DNA of 63,261 bases, filler included, from Squatina squatina (GCA_031763465.1; 4 parts of 4 records of this genome joined end to end with filler, not necessarily neighbours in it); one strand, 5' to 3'. Positions 25,399 through 39,400 are shown, numbered from the whole stretch's first letter. The notes: generated by a model from the letters alone, not told the origin. Numbers and translations: made by a program.

Positions 25399-28300
25399 CA
25401 GACAATAACTCTCGGTCAGTGTGTGTGATAATGGAGACAGTAACTCTCGGGGTCAGTGTTTGTATTAATGCAGACTATAACTCTCGGTCAGTTTGTGTGT
25501 TAATGGAGACAGTAACTCTTGGGGTCATTAATTGTATTAATGGAAACAGTAAATCTCGGGGTCAGTGTTTGTATTAATGGATACGTCAACTCTAGGGTCC
25601 TTGTTTGTATTAATGGAGACAGTAACTCTCGGGTTCATTATTTGTATTAATGGATACAGTAACTCTCGGGTCATTGTTTGTATTAATGGAGACAGTAACT
25701 CTCGGGATCAGTGTTTGTATTAATGGAGACGCGAACTTCAGGCTACGGTGTGTCCGGTAATGGGGACTGTAACTCTTGGGGCCAGTGTGTGTATTAATGG
25801 AGACAGTAACTCTTGGGGTCAGCGTTTGTATTAACGCAGACAATAACTCTCGGTCAATGTTTGTGTTAATGGAGACATTAACTCTTGGGTTCAGTGTATT
25901 TGTTAATGGAGACAGTAACTCTGGGGTTCAGTGTTTGTATTAATGGAGACGCTTAATTCAGGGGTCAGATTGTCCGTTCATGGAGAAAGTAACACTCGGG
26001 GTCAGTGTTTGTATTAATGGAGACGTTAACTCTCGCGGTCAGTGTTTGTATTAATGGATATAGTAACTCTCGTGTCATTGTTTGTCTTAATGGAGACAGT
26101 AACTCTCGGGGTCAGTGTTTGTATTAATGCGGACAATAACACTTGGGGTCAGTGTGTTTGCTAATGGAGACACTAACTCTCGGGTCATTGTTTGTATTAA
26201 TGGAGACAGTAAGTCTCGGGGTCATTGTTTGTATTAATGGATACAGTAACTCTCGGGGTCATTGTTTGTATTAATGGATACAGTAACTCTCGGGTCATTG
26301 TTTGTATTAATGGAGACAGTAACTCTCGGGGTCAGTGTTTGTATTAATAGAGACAATAACTCTCGGTCATTGTGTGTGATAATGGAGACAGTAACTCTCG
26401 GGGTCAGTGCTGTCTTAATGGAGACAGTAACACTGGGGGTCAGTGTTTGTATTCATGGAGACGCTAACTTCAGGGGTCACAGTGTCCGTTAATGGAGACA
26501 GTAACTCTAGGGGTCAGTGTTTGTATTCATGAAGACGCGAACTTCAGGGTTCAGTGTGTCCGTTAATGGGGACTGTAACTCTCGGGGTCAGTGTGTCCAT
26601 TACTGCAGACAGTAACTCTAGGGGCCTGTCTGTGTGTTAAGGGAGGCAATNNNNNNNNNNNNNNNNNNNNNNNNNNNNNNNNNNNNNNNNNNNNNNNNNN
26701 NNNNNNNNNNNNNNNNNNNNNNNNNNNNNNNNNNNNNNNNNNNNNNNNNNTGTTTTAATGGAGACAGCAACTCCCGGGGTCAGTGTGTTTGTTAATGGAG
26801 ACAGTAACTCTCGGGGTCAGCGTGTGTTTTAATGGAGACAGTAACTCCAGGAGTCAGTGTGTGTTTTCATGGAGACAGTAAATCTAGGGGTCAGTGTGTG
26901 TGTTAATGGAGACAGTAACTCTCGGGGTCAGTGTGTGTGTGATTGGAGACAATAACTCTCCGATGCAGCGTGTGTGTGAATGGAGACATTAACTCTCGGG
27001 GTCAGCGTGTGTTTTAATGGAGACAGTAAATCTCGGGGTCAGTGTGTGTGTGAATGGAGGCAGTCACTCTCGGGGTCAGCATGTGTTTTCATGGAGACAG
27101 TAGCTCTCGGGGTCAGTGTGTATTTGAATGGAGACAGTAACTCTCAGGGTCAGCGTGTGTTTTAATGCAGACAGTAACTCTCGTGGTCAGTGTGTGAGTG
27201 ATTGGAGACAGTAACGCTCGGGGTCAGTGTGTGTGTGTGAATGGAGACAGTAACTCTCGGGGTCAGCATGTGTGTTAAAGGAGACAGTAAGTCTCGGGGT
27301 CAGCGTGTGTTTTAATGGAGACAGTAACACTCGGGTTCAGTGTGTGTGTGAATGGAGACAGTAACTCTCGGGGTCAGTGTGTGTGTGAATGGAAACAGTA
27401 ACTCTCGGGGTCAGCGTGTGTTTTAATGGAGACAGTAACTCTCGGGTTCAGTGTGTGTGTTAATGGAGACAGTGTCTCTCGGGGTCAGTGTGTGTGTGAT
27501 TGGAGACAATAACTCTCGGATGCAGCATGTGTTTTAATGGAGACAGTAACTCTCGGGGTCAGTGTGTGTGTGAATGGAGACAGTAACTCTCGGGGTCAGC
27601 GTGTGTGGTAATGGAGACAGTAAATCTCGGGGTCAGTGTGTGTGTGAATGGAGACAGTCACTCTCGGGGTCAGCAATGGTTTCAATGGAGACAGTAGCTC
27701 TCGGGTTCAGTATGTATTTGAATGGAGACAGTAACTCTCGGGGTCAGCGTGTGTTTTCATGGAGACAGTAACTCTCGGGGTCAGTGTGTGTGTTTTAATG
27801 GAGACAGTAACTCTCGGGGTCAGTGTGTTTTTTAATGGAGACAGTAACTCTCGGCGTCAGCGTGTGTTTTAATGGAGACAGTAACTCTCGGGGTCAGTGT
27901 GTGTGTTAATGGAGAGAGTAACTCTCGGGGTCAGTATGTGTGTGAATGGAGACAGTAACTCTCGGGGTCAACGTGTGTTTTAATGGAGACAGGAACTCTC
28001 GGGGTCAGTGTGTGTGTGAATGGAGACAGGAACTCTCGGGGTCAGTGTGTGTGTGAATGGAGACAGTACGTCTCGGTGTCAGCGTGTGTTTTAATGGAGA
28101 CAGTAACACTCGGGGTCAGTGCGTGTGTTAATGGAGACAGTAACTCTCTGGGTCAGTGTGTGTGTGAATGGAGACAGTATGTCTCGGGGTCAGTATGTGT
28201 GTTAATGGAGACAGTAACTCTCGGGGTCAGCGTGTGTTTTAATGGGGACAGTAACTCACGGGGTCAGTGTGTGTGTCAATGGAGACAGTAACTCTCTGGG

Positions 28301-31300
28301 TCAGCGTGTGTTTTAATGGAGACAGTAACTCTCGGGGTCAGCGTGTGTTTTAATGGAGACAGTAACTCCAGGGGTCAGTGTGTGTTTTAATGGAGACAGT
28401 CACTCTCGGGGTCAGAGTCTTTGTTAATGGAGACAGTATCTCTTGGAGTCAGTGTATGTGTTTAAATGGAGACAGTAACTCTAGGGGTCAGCGTGTGTTT
28501 TATTTGAGACAGTCACTCTCGGGTCAGTGTGTGTGTGAATGGAGACAATAAATCTCGGGGTCAGAGTGTATTTTAATGGAGACAGTAAACGTCGGGGTCA
28601 GTGTGTGTGTTAATGGAGACAGTAACACTCGGGGTCAGTGTGTGTGTTAATGTAGAGAATAAATCTCGGGGTCAGTGTGTGTTTCAATGGAGACAGTAAC
28701 TCTCGGTGTCTGTGTGTGTTAATGGAGACAGGAACTCCAGGGGTCAGTGTGTGTGTGAATGGAGACAGTAACACACGGGGTCAGTGTGTGTTTTAATGGA
28801 GACAGTAACTCTCGGGGTCAGCGTGTGTTTTAATGGAGACATTAACTCCAGGGGTCAATGTGTGTTTTAATGGAGACAGCAACTCTCGGGGTCAGTGTGT
28901 GTGTTAATGGAGACAGGAACTCTCGGGGTTAGCGTGTCTTTTAATGGAGACAGTAACTCTCGGAGTCAGTGTGTGTTTTAATGGAGACAGTAACTCCAGT
29001 GGTCAGTGTGTGTTTGAATGAAGACAGTAACTCTCGGGGTCAGCGTGTGTTTTAATGGAGACAGTAACTCTCGGCGTCAGCGTATGTTTTAATGGAGACA
29101 GTAACTCTCGGGGTCAGTGTGTGTGTGAATGGAGACAGTAAATCTCGGTGTCAGCGTGTGTTTTAATGGAGACAGTAACCCTCGGAGTCAGTGTGTGTTT
29201 TAATGGAGACAGCAACTCCCGGGGTCAGTGTGTTTGTTAATGGAGACAGTAACTCTCGGGGTCAGCGTGTGTGTTAATGGAGACAGTAACTCTCGGGGTC
29301 AGTGTGTGTGTTAATGGAGACAGTAACTCTAGGGCTCAGTGTGTGTGTTAATGGAGAAATGAACTCTCGGAGTCAGCGTGTGTGTTCACGGAGACAGTAA
29401 CTGTGGGGGTCAGTGTGTGTGTTAATGGCGACAATAACTCTAGGGGTCAGTGTGTGTGTTGATGGAGACAGTAACTCTCGGGGTCAGTGTGTGTGTTAAT
29501 GGAGACAGTAACTCTCGGACAGTGTGTGTGTAAAAGGAGACCGTAACTCCGGGGACCAGTGTGTGTTTTGAAGGAGACTGCAGCTCTCGGGGTCAGTGTT
29601 TTAATGGTGACAGTAACTCAAGGGGTCAGTGTGTATGTTAATGGTGACAGTAACTCAAGGGGTCAGTGTGTATGTTAATGGTGACAGTAACTCTCCGGAT
29701 CAGTGTGTGTGTTAATGGAGACAGTAACTCTCGGGGTCAGTTTGTTAATGGAGACAGTAACTCTCGGTCAGTGTGCGATTTAAAGGAGACAATAACTCTC
29801 GGGGTCGGTGTTTTGATGGAGACAGTAACTCTCGGTCAGTGTATGTGTTAAAGGAGACAGCAACTCTCGATCAGTGTGTTTGGAGAAGGAGACAGTAACT
29901 CCAGGCTTCAATGAGTGTGTTACTGGAGACTGTAACTCTCTGGGTCAGTGTGTGTGTTAATGGAGACTGTAACTCTCGTGGTCAGTTTGTTAATGGAGAC
30001 AGTAACTCTCGGGGCCAGTGTGTGTGTGTTAATGGAGACAGTAACTCTCGGGGTCAGTGTGTGTGTTAATGGAGACAGTAACTCTCGGGGTCAGTGTGTG
30101 TGTTAATGGAGACAGTAACTCTCGGGGTCAATATTTGCATTAGTGTAGACAGTAACTCTCGGGGTCAGTGTTTGTATTAATGCAGACAATAACTCTCGGT
30201 CATAGTGTGTGTTAATGGAGACAGTAATTCCAAAGGTCAGTGTGTGTGTTAATGGAGACAGTAACTCTCGGGGTCAGTGTTTGTATTAATGCAGACAAAC
30301 CTCTCGGTCATTGTGTGTGTTAATGGAGACAGTAACTCCAGGGGTCAGTATGTGTGTTAATGGAGACAGTAACTCTCGGGGTCAGTGTGTGTGTTAATGG
30401 AGACAGTAACTCCAGGGGTCAGTGTGTCCGTTAATGGAGATAGTAACTCCAGGGGTCAGTGTGTGTGTTAATGGAGACAGTAAATCTCGGGATCAGTGTG
30501 TCCGTTAATGGAGACAGTAACTCTCGGGGTCAGTGTGTGTGTTAATGGAGACAGTAACTCTCACGGTCAGTGTGTCCGTTAATGGAGACAGTGACTCTCG
30601 GGGTCACTGTGTGTGTTAATGGAGACAGTAACTCTGGGGTCAGCATGTGAATGCAGACAGTTGCTCTCGGTCAATGAGTGTGCGAATGCGGACAGTAACA
30701 CTAGGGATCAGTGTGTGCGTTAATGGAGACAGTAACTCCAGTGGTTAATTTTTTGATGGAGACTGTTAATCTCGGGGTCAGTGTATTAATGGAGACAGTA
30801 ACTTTTGGGGTCAGTGTTGTATTAATGGAGACAATAACTCTTGGGGTCAGTGTTTGCTTTAATGGAGACGGTAAATCTGGCGGTCATTGTTTGCATTAAT
30901 GGACAGAGTAACTCCCAGGGTCAGTGTGTATGTTACTGGAGACAGTAACTCCAGGGGTCAGCATGTGAATGCAGACAGTTACTCTCGGTCAGTGAGTGTG
31001 CTAATGCGGACAGTAACTCTCGGGGTCAGTGTTTGTATTAATGGAGACAATAAATCTTGGGGTCAGTGTTTGCGTTAATGGAGAGAGTCACACTCGGGGT
31101 CATTGTGTGTGTTAATGGAAACAGTAACTCTCGGGGTCATTGTTTGTATTAATGGACATAGTAACTCTCGGGGTCAGTGTATGTTTTAATGGACACAGTA
31201 ACTTTAGGTTCAGTGTGTGTGTTAATAGAGCTAGTAGCTCAAGGGTTCATTGTTTGTATTAATGGACACAATAACTCGAGGGGACATGTGTGTGTTAATG

Positions 31301-31584
31301 GAGGCAGTAATTATCAGGCTCAGAGTTTGTATTAATGGAGACAGTAGCTCCCGGTCATTGTGTGTGTTAATGGAGACAGTAACTCTCGGGGTCATTGTTT
31401 GTATGACTGGACACGGCAAATAAGGGGTCAGTGTGTGTGTTAATGGAGACAGTAACTCTCGGGGTCAGAGTTTGTATTAATGGAGACAGTAACTCACGGG
31501 GTCAGTGTGTGTGTGTTAATGGAGACAGTAACTCTCGGGGTCATTGTTTGTATGACTGGACACGGCAAATAAGGGGTCAGTGTG
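25399..31584. repeat. ~37-bp minisatellite array (consensus TAATGGAGACAGTAACTCTCGGGGTCAGTGTGTGTGT), one internal gap
   Basis: Well over 100 head-to-tail, slightly diverged units with no spacers. Confidence 0.95.
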
Positions 31585-31628
31585 NNNNNNNNNNNNNNNN
31601 NNNNNNNNNNNNNNNNNNNNNNNNNNNN

Positions 31629-31640
31629 TTAATTAATTAA
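31629..31640. other. Artificial six-frame-stop linker between records
   Basis: TTAATTAATTAA embedded in N runs. Confidence 0.95.
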
Positions 31641-33002
31641 NNNNNNNNNNNNNNNNNNNNNNNNNNNNNNNNNNNNNNNNNNNNCTCTGCAATCTTCTTT
31701 TGCCAGAGGTGTTGAAAATCCAGCGACGCTGATTTCCTTGGAGATTGCTGCTACACCTTCGACAAAGACCCTTCATTTTCAGAAAATTAAGCTCCAAGCT
31801 TTTTAAAAGCAAAACTGTTCACTATGCAGTCCTTGAAATGGTAATTACAGATTAAGTTACCGACTTCAAATAGCGCAAAGCTGTTGGTTCACGTTTTCGG
31901 ATTCTGTTTCCTCACATAAATTTCAAACAAAAAGGGCCCAGCTGCAACTGTATCAAGAGTTGCTATGGTGATCAACTGCACCTTTTCAGTGATGAGGCAG
32001 CACCATCATTAATCTTTCATAAGCTACTCAAGCACATACCTCCGACTACCAATTCTTACAAAAGTTGTCTCTTTGCCGGTTTGGTTTGAACGTATCAAGT
32101 TTGAACTGATGTTTTGTTACCATTCTGTGAAGAAACACATCCTCATTTCCATAACAATCCCAACATGAAAGGGCAAGGCACAGGAAGCACAACCTTTTAA
32201 TCAGCTAGCATTGCAGGCTGCTGTTGCTTGCCTTCTCCTCGATGAGATGTGATTTCTTTTGTCCCATGCAGATCATCACAATGTGTGGCCGAATTGTTCA
32301 ATTACTGCTGTCCTGCAAAACTTCCACCAGCTCACTGCTTCAAGAAGTAAACTGAAGTGATAAATATGGAAACCATGACAGTACAGTTACTGAAGTGCTC
32401 TTATTGCTTCAGTGCGATCGATCATAGATTACAGATCAAATTCGGTATCCAATCTTCCAGTAAACTCCTGGTTCTCTTTTTGTTCAGTATGTACGACAAA
32501 ATATTTCAGGAAGTGCAAGCTAAGCAGTTTGATAGCTGTTGGTGTGTGGTCCAGAGCTTGCACAGACTTTAAAAAGCAGCTTTCAAAATGACAACTTCTG
32601 TAGAACTAGGCAGTCTTCCTATTTTGGCCTACAAATGCCTGCACGCTACCTTAGAAAAACCACCAGTTTCCTGTTGTTCGTAACGTGTCTTCAGCGAACA
32701 GCTTGCATTACAAGTGCGGCGGAAACAACTACACTGATTAAGTTTCTTCATGTCAATATATTGCCAATTTTTCAAAGTCACTTTAAAATAAAATATTCTA
32801 GGAAGCCATGAACACACAATATACAGAGTAATTTCACCCCAGATTCAGGATCTTCATTAACATCTTCAAACTGGGCCTCTGTATGCAGCTAGCTGGCATG
32901 TANNNNNNNNNNNNNNNNNNNNNNNNNNNNNNNNNNNNNNNNNNNNNNNNNNNNNNNNNNNNNNNNNNNNNNNNNNNNNNNNNNNNNNNNNNNNNNNNNN
33001 NN

Positions 33003-35100
33003 TCAGGACTGTCTCTGGTCTTTCTCTGGACTGTCACTGTTCTGTCCCTGTACTGTCACTGGTCTGTCTCTGGACTCTCTCTGGACTGTGTCTGGACTCT
33101 CTCTGGTCTGTCTCTGATCTCTATCTAGACTGTTTCTGGACTGTCTCTGGTCTGTCACTGGTCTGCCTCTGGGTTGCCTCTGGGCTGAGTCTGGACTGAT
33201 TCTGAGCTGTCTCTGGCCTGTATTTGTTCTATATCTGGGCTGTGTCTTTACTGCCACTGGTCTGTCTCTGGCATGTCTCTGGACTGTCTCTGGACTGTGT
33301 CTTGTCTGTCTCTGGTCTGTGTCTGGACTGTCACTGGTCTGTGTCTGGACAGTCTCTGCATTGTCTCTGGTCTATCTCTGTTCTGTCTCTGGACTGTGTC
33401 TGCTCTCTTTCTGGATTATCTCTGGGCTGTGACTGGACTGTCTCTGGACTGTTTCTGTTTTGTTTCTGCCATCTTTCTGGACTGTGTCTGTCCTGTGTCT
33501 GATCTGTGTCTGGTCTGTGTCTGGACTGCCTCTGGGCTGTCTCGGCACTGACTCTAGGCTGTCTCTGGGCTCTCCTTGGGCTTTCCCTGGGCGGTTTCTG
33601 GTCTGTCTCAGGACTGTCTCTGGCCATTCTCTGGACTGTCACTGGTCTGTCTCTCGACTCTCTCTGGACTGTGTCTGGACTCTCTCTGATCTCTATCTAG
33701 ACTGTGTCTGGACTGTCTCTGGTCTGTCACTGGTATGTCACTGGACTGTCTCTGATCTGTCTCTGGTCTGCCTCTGGGTTGCCTCTGTCCTGTGTCAGAT
33801 CTGTGTCTGGTCTGCCTCAGTATTGTGTCTGGTCTGTCTCTGGCATCTCTCTGGCCTTTCTCTGGCCTGTCTGTTTACTGTCTGGACTGTGTCTCGACTG
33901 TCTCTGGGCTGTCTCTGAGCTGTGTCTTGAATGTCTCTGGGATTGTCTGGTCTGTCTCTGCCATGTTTCTAGACTGTCTCTCTTCTGTTTCTGGACTACT
34001 TCTGGGCTGCCCCTGGGCTGTGTCTGGACTGTCTCCGGGCTTTTTCTGGTCTGTCTCTGTCCTGTGTCTGACTGTCCCTGGGCTGTATCTGGTCCGTCTG
34101 TGGAATGTCTGGACTGTGTCCTGACTGTCTATGTTCTGTCTCTGTCCTGTGTCTGACTGTCTCTGGGCTGTACCTGGTCTGTGACTGGACTGTCTTTGGA
34201 CTGTGTCTGGAATATGTCTGGGCAGTCTCTGGCCTGCCTCTGGACTGTCTCTTGACTTAATTGTACTGTGTCTGGGCTGTGTCTGGGTTGTGTCTGGACT
34301 TTCTCTGGGCTGTCTCAGGGCTGTATCTGGACTGTCTCTGTGCTTTTTCTTGTCTGTCTCTGCCATGTTTCTAGACTGCCTCTGTTCTGTGTCTGGACTG
34401 TGTCTGCACTGTTTCTGGGCTCCCTCTGGGCTTTCCATGGTCTATGCCACGTCTGTTTGTGGTCTGTGCCTGGTCTGTTTCTAGAATCTCACTGGTCTAT
34501 GCCTGGTCTGTGGCTTTAGTGCCTCTGGACTGTCTCTCGTCAGTCTCTGGTTTGTCTGTGGACTGTCTGGACACTGGTCTGTGTCTGGCCTGTGTCTGAC
34601 TGTCTCTGTGCTGTATCTGGATTGTGTCTGGTTCTGTCTCTGGTCTGTCTCTGGACTCTCTCTGGTCTGTGACTGGACTGTCTTTGGACTATGTCTGAAA
34701 TGTTGCTGGGCAGTCTCTGTCCTTAATTAGGCTCTGTCTGGGCTGTGTCTGGACATTCTCTGAGCTGTCTCTGGGCTGTGTCTGGACTCTCTCTGGGCTT
34801 TTTCTGGTCTGTCTCTGCTATGTTTCTAGACTGTCTCTCTTCTGTGTCTGGACTGTGTCTGGACTGATTCTGGGCTGTCTCTGGCTGTCTCTGGGCTCTC
34901 CTTGGGCTTTCTCTGGGCTTTGCCTGGTCTTTCTCTGGACTGTCACTGTTCTGTCTCTGGACGGTCGCTGGACTGTAACTGGTCTGTCTCTGGATAGGCT
35001 CTGGACTGTATCTGGACTGTCTCTGGACTGTCTCTGGTCTGTCACTGCTATGTCTCTGGACTGTCTCTGTTCTGTCTCTGTTCTGTTTCTGGACTGTGTT
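33003..35100. repeat. Degenerate ~11-bp minisatellite (CTGTCTCTGGA-like)
   Basis: About 2.1 kb of A-poor repeats, TCTGGACTGTC variants. It explains the many spurious Cys/Leu/Ser ORFs here. Confidence 0.9.
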
Positions 35101-36659
35101 TAATTCTGTATTTATAATCATATGGATAGTAACTAAATACAGATCGGTAAATGAGTTTTAATTTCCAAAGTCCCATACTATACACTACTACTTTGCAACA
35201 CCTATATATAATCCTATTATCTTCCCCCCTTTCTATAATAAAATTAAAAAGATTTTAATAAGAAAATACCCTGGTTGTGTGCTGAATTGAGACACATGTA
35301 CAGAGATGCAAAGAACATTTAATTTTACCTACAGTTTTAGAAAGATATATTTTTGCTTTGAGAAAGTAAATCAATTTTTTCCTCTTCCCCCAATCTGCAG
35401 TTTAATTAAGCTACTGCAAGTGTAAGTCAGAAAACAGCATGTAAACGCTGCCCAAAATTCCTTGCACTGATTTTACTCAAATATAAGTTGACAAAATTAA
35501 GCAAAAGAAAATCAGATACAAATACAATTAACCAGCATTTAAGATAAATAACATGGGGACAGTACTGTATTGTGCTCCACAACCATCTGATTTCATCAGT
35601 TTGTTTCTGTTTTACAAGAGACAGTTGGCACTGCTGCAGCAACAAAGCAAGCCCTGAAATGTATTCTTAGCTGGGTAACTGGTGGTGGAACAGTCAAATG
35701 TGAATCACAATGCATAAAAGGGAAGATTTTTCCTTCCGTGGCTATACATCCCCAACACCAAAGTTCTGAATGCCTGCACACAGAGCCAAAAGAACCTAGA
35801 GAATTGTACCATGAAAGCCTGGCGATAAAGACATTTTTGACAAAGATCTAGAAGCATCAAATTAATATTAATTAAATAGATTCTGAATATACCAAAGCTT
35901 CGGTACAATCAAATCTGCTCTAGAGGAGTGAAAGGAATTCTCAATCAAGTGTNNNNNNNNNNNNNNNNNNNNNNNNNNNNNNNNNNNNNNNNNNNNNNNN
36001 NNNNNNNNNNNNNNNNNNNNNNNNNNNNNNNNNNNNNNNNNNNNNNNNNNNNTATGACACCAGGAAAACGGTGAGTCAGCAACTTAAAACACTCAAGACT
36101 GATTAAGTCGAATAGCAGACGCTAATATCTGGACTCCGATCACTCATGTGGGAGCGTGGAGCGTTGAACACATTTTAGTTATTTATTCAGCTGTGAGGAT
36201 TGAGAATAATTTATTGCTCCACTCAATCCCCAACATTGCCTCAGGCAAACAGCTCTGAGATGTTAATGATTTGTAACAAAACTAGTCTAAACTTCTGTCT
36301 CCCTAATTGATGCTGTAAATATAAATTGTTGATCTGATGAGGAGCTGGAGGATACTGTACCTCCCTGTCTCGGGTAGTGAGCAGTCAAGTTACTTGCGTA
36401 CAGCAATAACATTCTTTACATTTCATTAATAGTCAAGAGTGCCAAATGGCCAAATGCAGCTCAAAATGTAAATCAGCTGTGTGCTCGATTATTAAAACAG
36501 AGGTCTGTCAAGGCTTGACCTGTTTATAATTCTCCTCTTTAATCGCTGCAAGGCGGTTTTGAGACACCAGATATTTTCTGGAGGGATCTATTTCACTTCA
36601 GGTTTACAATGGCTCAGGCAAAAGTAAAAATATCATAGAGATATCAATAAAACACATGT

Positions 36660-37278
36660 TTGGGGGTCCAGGTGCATAGATCATTAAAATGTCATGAACT
36701 GGTACAGAAAATAATCAAAAAGGCTAATGGAATGCTGGCCGTTATATCGAGAGGACTTGAATACAAGGGGGTAGAAGTCATGCTGCAACTATACAAAGTC
36801 CTGGTTGGATCACACCTGGAGCACTGTGAGCAGTCCTGGGCACCACACCTTAGGAAGGATATATTGACCTTCGAGGGAGCGCAGCGTGGGTTTACCAGGA
36901 TGATTCCTGGACTCCAAAAGTTAGATTATGAGGAGAGATTACACAAATTAGGTTTGTATTCCCTGGAATTTAGAAGGCTGAGGGATGATTTGATCGAAGT
37001 TTTCAAAATTGGAGCCAGACCTTTCGGGAGTGAAATTAGGAAACATTTCTACACACAAAGGGCAATAAAAGTTTGGAACTCTCTTCCGCAAATGGCAATT
37101 GATGCTAGATGAATTGTTCATTTTAAATCTGAGATTGATTGATTTTTGCTAACCAAAGGTATTAAGGGATATGGGCCAAAGGCGGGTATACGGAGTTAGG
37201 TTGTAGATCAGCCATGATCGCATTGAATGGCGGAACAGGCTCGAGGGGCTAAATGGCCGACTCCTGTTCCTATGTTTT
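36660..37278 (+). mobile_element. CR1 LINE 3' part with an internal deletion
   Basis: ORF ..KKANGMLA.ISRGLEYK...LYKVLV..HLEHC.Q.WAPHLRKDI...RRLRDDLIEVFKI/..RKHFYTQR..VWNSLP, then the CR1 tail. Confidence 0.9.
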
Positions 37279-39289
37279 TCATGTTTTAACCAGATTAATT
37301 TGCACCAAAACGGATGTGGGTGACTTCAATTACTTTTACAACTCTATTAGCCTTTTATCAAATAAATCAATATTCTATAAATTTCGCAAAATACCACAGT
37401 TATGGCTTTATACCACAGTTATGGCTTGATAAGATATGCAATGTAGAGTTTCTCACATAAGTCAGGCCTCACCATGGCAATAGAACTTTGGAAACAAAAT
37501 TGTATTTTTCCATTCATTGCCCTCTATTACTTGTGAACAGCCCACGTCATCAAGAAGTGAAAAAGTCTTAAGTACTTCCCGAATTCACTTTTACATCATC
37601 TCTTGTTTGATGCAGCCACATTCCTCCAGCACACTACAACCTGGTTCTTTATTTTCTTACCTAAAATAGGAAATCACAGTTGGCAGTATTTGCCAACAAA
37701 TACTTCATGTGTGTTTATAATATTCCTCTACCTGTTATTGTAATGGAGGCACATACTCGATTCAAATAAACATGTTAACATCAACTGGAGTCATACCTAG
37801 CACAAAGGAAGATGGCTGCAGTGGTTGGAGGTCATTCATCACAGCCCCAGGACATTTCTGCNNNNNNNNNNNNNNNNNNNNNNNNNNNNNNNNNNNNNNN
37901 NNNNNNNNNNNNNNNNNNNNNNNNNNNNNNNNNNNNNNNNNNNNNNNNNNNNNNNNNNNNNGTTGCAGGACAACTTCAGAATCCTATTTTATTATTATTT
38001 TTAAATCTTATCATTAAAATTACACAAAATTTATTTCACAGTCTCATAATTTTAATGAGTACTCCGGAGATAGGAAATAAAAGCTGTAAAGTCCTCAAGC
38101 TTAAAAATCCAATTAAAATTCCATAAATATTTGACATTTAATCTAAAACCACTAAAACGGAGAGAAAATGGGGACAATATACAGATTCAACACTTACAAT
38201 AGCTAGTTAATATTTTATGTAGATTTTTCAGTTCCCTAATCATACAATTCCAATTAAAATACCATAAATATTTGACATTTCATCTGAAGCGACTCAAAAG
38301 GAGAATAAATGGGCACAACTTTGCAGATGAAGTATTTAAGATAGATTTTCTGGTTATCTAATCATAGAGTATTAATTTTAGAATTTTATTTCTTTATAAT
38401 CCAAACTAACAGATTCAATTGTTGGAGTTTTTAAAAAAAAACTTGTGAAGCAAAAGATCCAAAAAACTAATTTCTCTCTCTCTCTCATTCATTTTACAGT
38501 TTTATTATTTATTTTAGACTTGGCGTGGCACTGGAATAAAAGATGATAAAATAATGAACAGTCATAGCTGACCTGAATTCATTAAAATTGCACCATGGAA
38601 ACGACACACAGAATTCCCAGCTAGTAGTTGACTTATGCCCCTCCCGTGCCTAAAAATATATATTTTAAANNNNNNNNNNNNNNNNNNNNNNNNNNNNNNN
38701 NNNNNNNNNNNNNNNNNNNNNNNNNNNNNNNNNNNNNNNNNNNNNNNNNNNNNNNNNNNNNNNNNNNNNATGTTGTGCAAATGTTCACCCTTCTGCGAGT
38801 GCAAATACTGACCTGTGACAATGTCAGTGTGCTTTTATATGTTACGCACATTGGATGATCTTTGTGTTAATTTACGCATAAAGCAGGAAATTCAGTTCTG
38901 CTTCTCTGACCCAAGGCCTTGCTCCCCAAATGTACTGTTAAATAGCGTGGTTGTTCTCCCTGTACAAGTGCTGGCTGGCCCTGATAATATGATAAGATGT
39001 GATAGCAGTACGAATAGGTTTGTTGACAATGACATCCCCACCAAAATATCTTGCTGGAGAGATTCTGGGAAAATTGGGTCTTCATGGTTTTAAAAAGAAA
39101 ACTGTGCCAGATTTACCTTGGTGACTGCTGGCTGCAGGAGATCGGTGCTGTAGTGGCTAGCAATAGAGGAACAATATAAAATTGTCTAACGTGATGGCCT
39201 GGAATGTTCGCTTCAGGTCACTGGTCTTGTAGTTCAATTAAAAAAAAATGCTTTTCCAGTAGGAAATGTAAATATACGTTTCTTAAAAA

Positions 39290-39400
39290 GTTGGCTTAAT
39301 GGAGAAATCTGTTACCCAGTGCCACATTGAGCCACACAGACCAGGAAGGTCTACTTTCCAACCCCTGGTTTTTGCTGATATAGCAGATCTCAGCCAAGGT
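39290..39400 (+). mobile_element. tRNA-derived SINE head
   Basis: gagccacacagaccaggaaggtc..cctggt. A reverse copy lies at about 45310-45395. Confidence 0.45.

Noticed and set aside
26478-26484. V(D)J recombination signal heptamer CACAGTG in the satellite
   Set aside because: There is no nonamer at 12 or 23 spacing. It is a chance variant of the repeat unit.
25399-31584. CRISPR array (37-bp repeat length)
   Set aside because: Units are head-to-tail with no unique spacers, there are no cas genes, and the context is vertebrate.
25610-31640. ORFs with METVTLGVSVC/NGDSNSRGQC repeats
   Set aside because: These are translations of a 37-bp unit that is not a multiple of three. Stops are frequent and there is no splice or codon signal.
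33003-35121. Many overlapping Cys/Leu/Ser or Gln/Arg-rich ORFs
   Set aside because: By-product of an A-poor 11-bp repeat that lacks stop codons in several frames.
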